Source: an uncultured Rhodothermales bacterium
GTDB lineage: Bacteria; Bacteroidota; Rhodothermia; Rhodothermales; CAYLXM01
Reading direction: 5' to 3'
Length of the DNA stretch: 46,790 nucleotides
Assembly (NCBI GenBank): GCA_964539455.1
Contig: CAZIIP010000001.1
Location: 104,521 to 151,310 of the forward strand
A model generated the notes under the pieces. The model saw only the letters and a list, made by a program, of their open reading frames with translations. It ran no database searches and had not been told where the DNA came from. Shown here piece by piece: positions 45,637-46,790 of the stretch. The stretch's first letter is position 1; each line of letters begins with the position of its first letter. Made by a program: the position numbers and the translations under genes.

Positions 45637-46269
45637 TTAACGAATGGCGCGAATGACGGCCCTAACCATGCCGACGACCTCGAGATCCTTACTCTGATCG
45701 GCAAGCTCGATGCGGTAGCCGGGCTGATCGGCCGTGAGTCGAATCAGGTTGTTGGATCGTACAAGTCGGCGTACGATCATCATACCGCTTGTAAGTGCGA
45801 CGGCAATGGCATTGCCGGGAATTTTCGCAAGCTGCCGTTCTTCCGTGACAACGAGATCACCCGACCGGATGCCGGCGGTTCCCATGCCGTCATCACCCGC
45901 AACGACGACCAGGCAATTGTCGGCATCTACGCGTCCCAGGATCGAGCGATCGATCGCCAGCACACCGGAGGCGCCGGCCCGCAGTCCGGCGCGGTCGAGT
46001 CCGGCTGCAGAAGAAACAAACGGAAGATGTGCCGGGAGTTCGTGGGCATGCTCGCTTTCGATCAGATGGATAGAACGCGCTCTGCCCTTCTGCCTGCGAA
46101 GGTATCCCTTTCGCTGCATCGCATCCAGTTGTTTGACCACGCCGTTGGTCGAGCTAATACCGACGGCCGCACCAATCTCTTTTACGGACGGCGCACAGCC
46201 GTGCGCATGGACAAATCCGCTGATCGCATCAAATATCTCCTGTTGCCTGTCTGTAAGCGGAACGCGCAT
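45637..46269 (-). CDS. lexA: LexA-family repressor homolog with substituted Ser/Lys catalytic dyad
   Basis: 210 aa from MRVPLTDRQQEIFDAI (ATG 46269). LexA winged-helix N-domain (APSVKEIGAAVGISSTNGVVKQLDAMQRKGYLRR) and an Ala-Gly site (SSAAGL). The S24 domain reads VAGDDGMGTAGIRSGDLVV and MIVRRL where canonical LexA has GDSM/GMSM and VKRL. I checked both segments against the DNA. Confidence 0.8.
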   Translation of the reverse strand: MRVPLTDRQQEIFDAISGFVHAHGCAPSVKEIGAAVGISSTNGVVKQLDAMQRKGYLRRQKGRARSIHLIESEHAHELPAHLPFVSSAAGLDRAGLRAGASGVLAIDRSILGRVDADNCLVVVAGDDGMGTAGIRSGDLVVTEERQLAKIPGNAIAVALTSGMMIVRRLVRSNNLIRLTADQPGYRIELADQSKDLEVVGMVRAVIRAIR

Positions 46270-46477
46270 GGAATGAATCAGGAAAACCGCACGGAAGGCG
46301 GATTGGTCGACACAAAAACATACCGGATTCGCCGTCGCAATGCCACCCGGAACGTCGCGGTAGAATCCCGGTGTGAAAAGAAAATTCCGGTTGATCGCGA
46401 TCCCGGTAATACGGACTTTGCATCTACTCCGGCACGCCGGTATCGATCCGGTACAATTGCAGCCAGCAGGACCGACC

Positions 46478-46790
46478 ATGTCGCTTATTCTACCCTTCAA
46501 GTCGAAAAAACTGGCCCGCGTCAAGACGAGCAGACGCCAGAAGCTCGAAGAATACGGACAGTTGAATCTGTTTGCCGGCGCGCCTGCAAAAGTCTATCAA
46601 CTGCCCTCCCATCTGCCCGCTTTCCTAACGGCGACCCTGCTGCATGAAAGGGGTGCTCCGGGTGCCCATGCTGCGTACGAACGAGCCATCCAGGAAGGAG
46701 ACCACGTAGACGACGCCTATGTAAATCTCGGCGTAATGGCCTATGAAGCCGATCGCGTCGATGAGGCCTTCACGTGTTTTCGTGAATGCC
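46478..46790 (+). CDS. TPR-like protein, 5' partial (runs off the window)
   Basis: Reading frame open from ATG 46478 to the window end (104 codons). It contains a TPR-like segment, AYVNLGVMAYEADRVDEAFTCFRE, and is divergent from lexA. It is not in the supplied ORF track because it has no stop in the window. Confidence 0.5.
   Translation, partial: MSLILPFKSKKLARVKTSRRQKLEEYGQLNLFAGAPAKVYQLPSHLPAFLTATLLHERGAPGAHAAYERAIQEGDHVDDAYVNLGVMAYEADRVDEAFTCFREC

Noticed and set aside
45529-46647. 372-aa plus-strand ORF covering the lexA locus
   Set aside because: It is antisense to the well-supported lexA-like gene and the DUF72 start. It is Arg/Ala/Gly-rich with no motifs, and it also overlaps the better-supported TPR ORF start in another frame.

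Overview
46.8-kb bacterial chromosomal segment, moderately GC-rich. It looks FCB-group (Rhodothermota/Bacteroidota-like) from gene content and a TAnnTTTG-type element ahead of hoxE, but that is inference only. The window is unusually dense in DNA replication and repair genes: uvrB, parC, nth, xthA, gyrA, polA, imuB-orf77-dnaE2, dnaA, dinB and a lexA-like gene. It also carries a complete hoxEFUYHW bidirectional [NiFe]-hydrogenase operon. Several exported enzymes are present: a metallophosphoesterase, a sulfatase-HEAT fusion, a CBM9-like protein, GGT, an SNase-type nuclease, Bcp and a Tat-signal enolase-superfamily dehydratase. Four things stand out. (1) A complete plasmid-type replicon sits directly beside polA and about 15 kb from dnaA. 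It has ParA plus a ribbon-helix-helix ParG-like protein, G-poor TACCAC centromere-like repeats, 14 direct 16-bp iterons with helical phasing, and a Rep_3-like initiator. One orphan iteron lies 4 kb away. (2) A candidate damage regulon: an exactly shared 15-mer (ATGTGTGAAATATGT) precedes both imuB and dinB, and the LexA homolog has both residues of its Ser/Lys autocleavage dyad substituted. (3) A Prim-Pol/RecA-like ATPase fusion gene cluster is wedged between dnaA and a truncated PdeM-like remnant. (4) A 102-nt intergenic element occurs twice at 82% identity with no indels. I recognised no rRNA, tRNA, CRISPR array, integrase or transposase. All family assignments come from motif recognition by eye and need HMM/BLAST confirmation.
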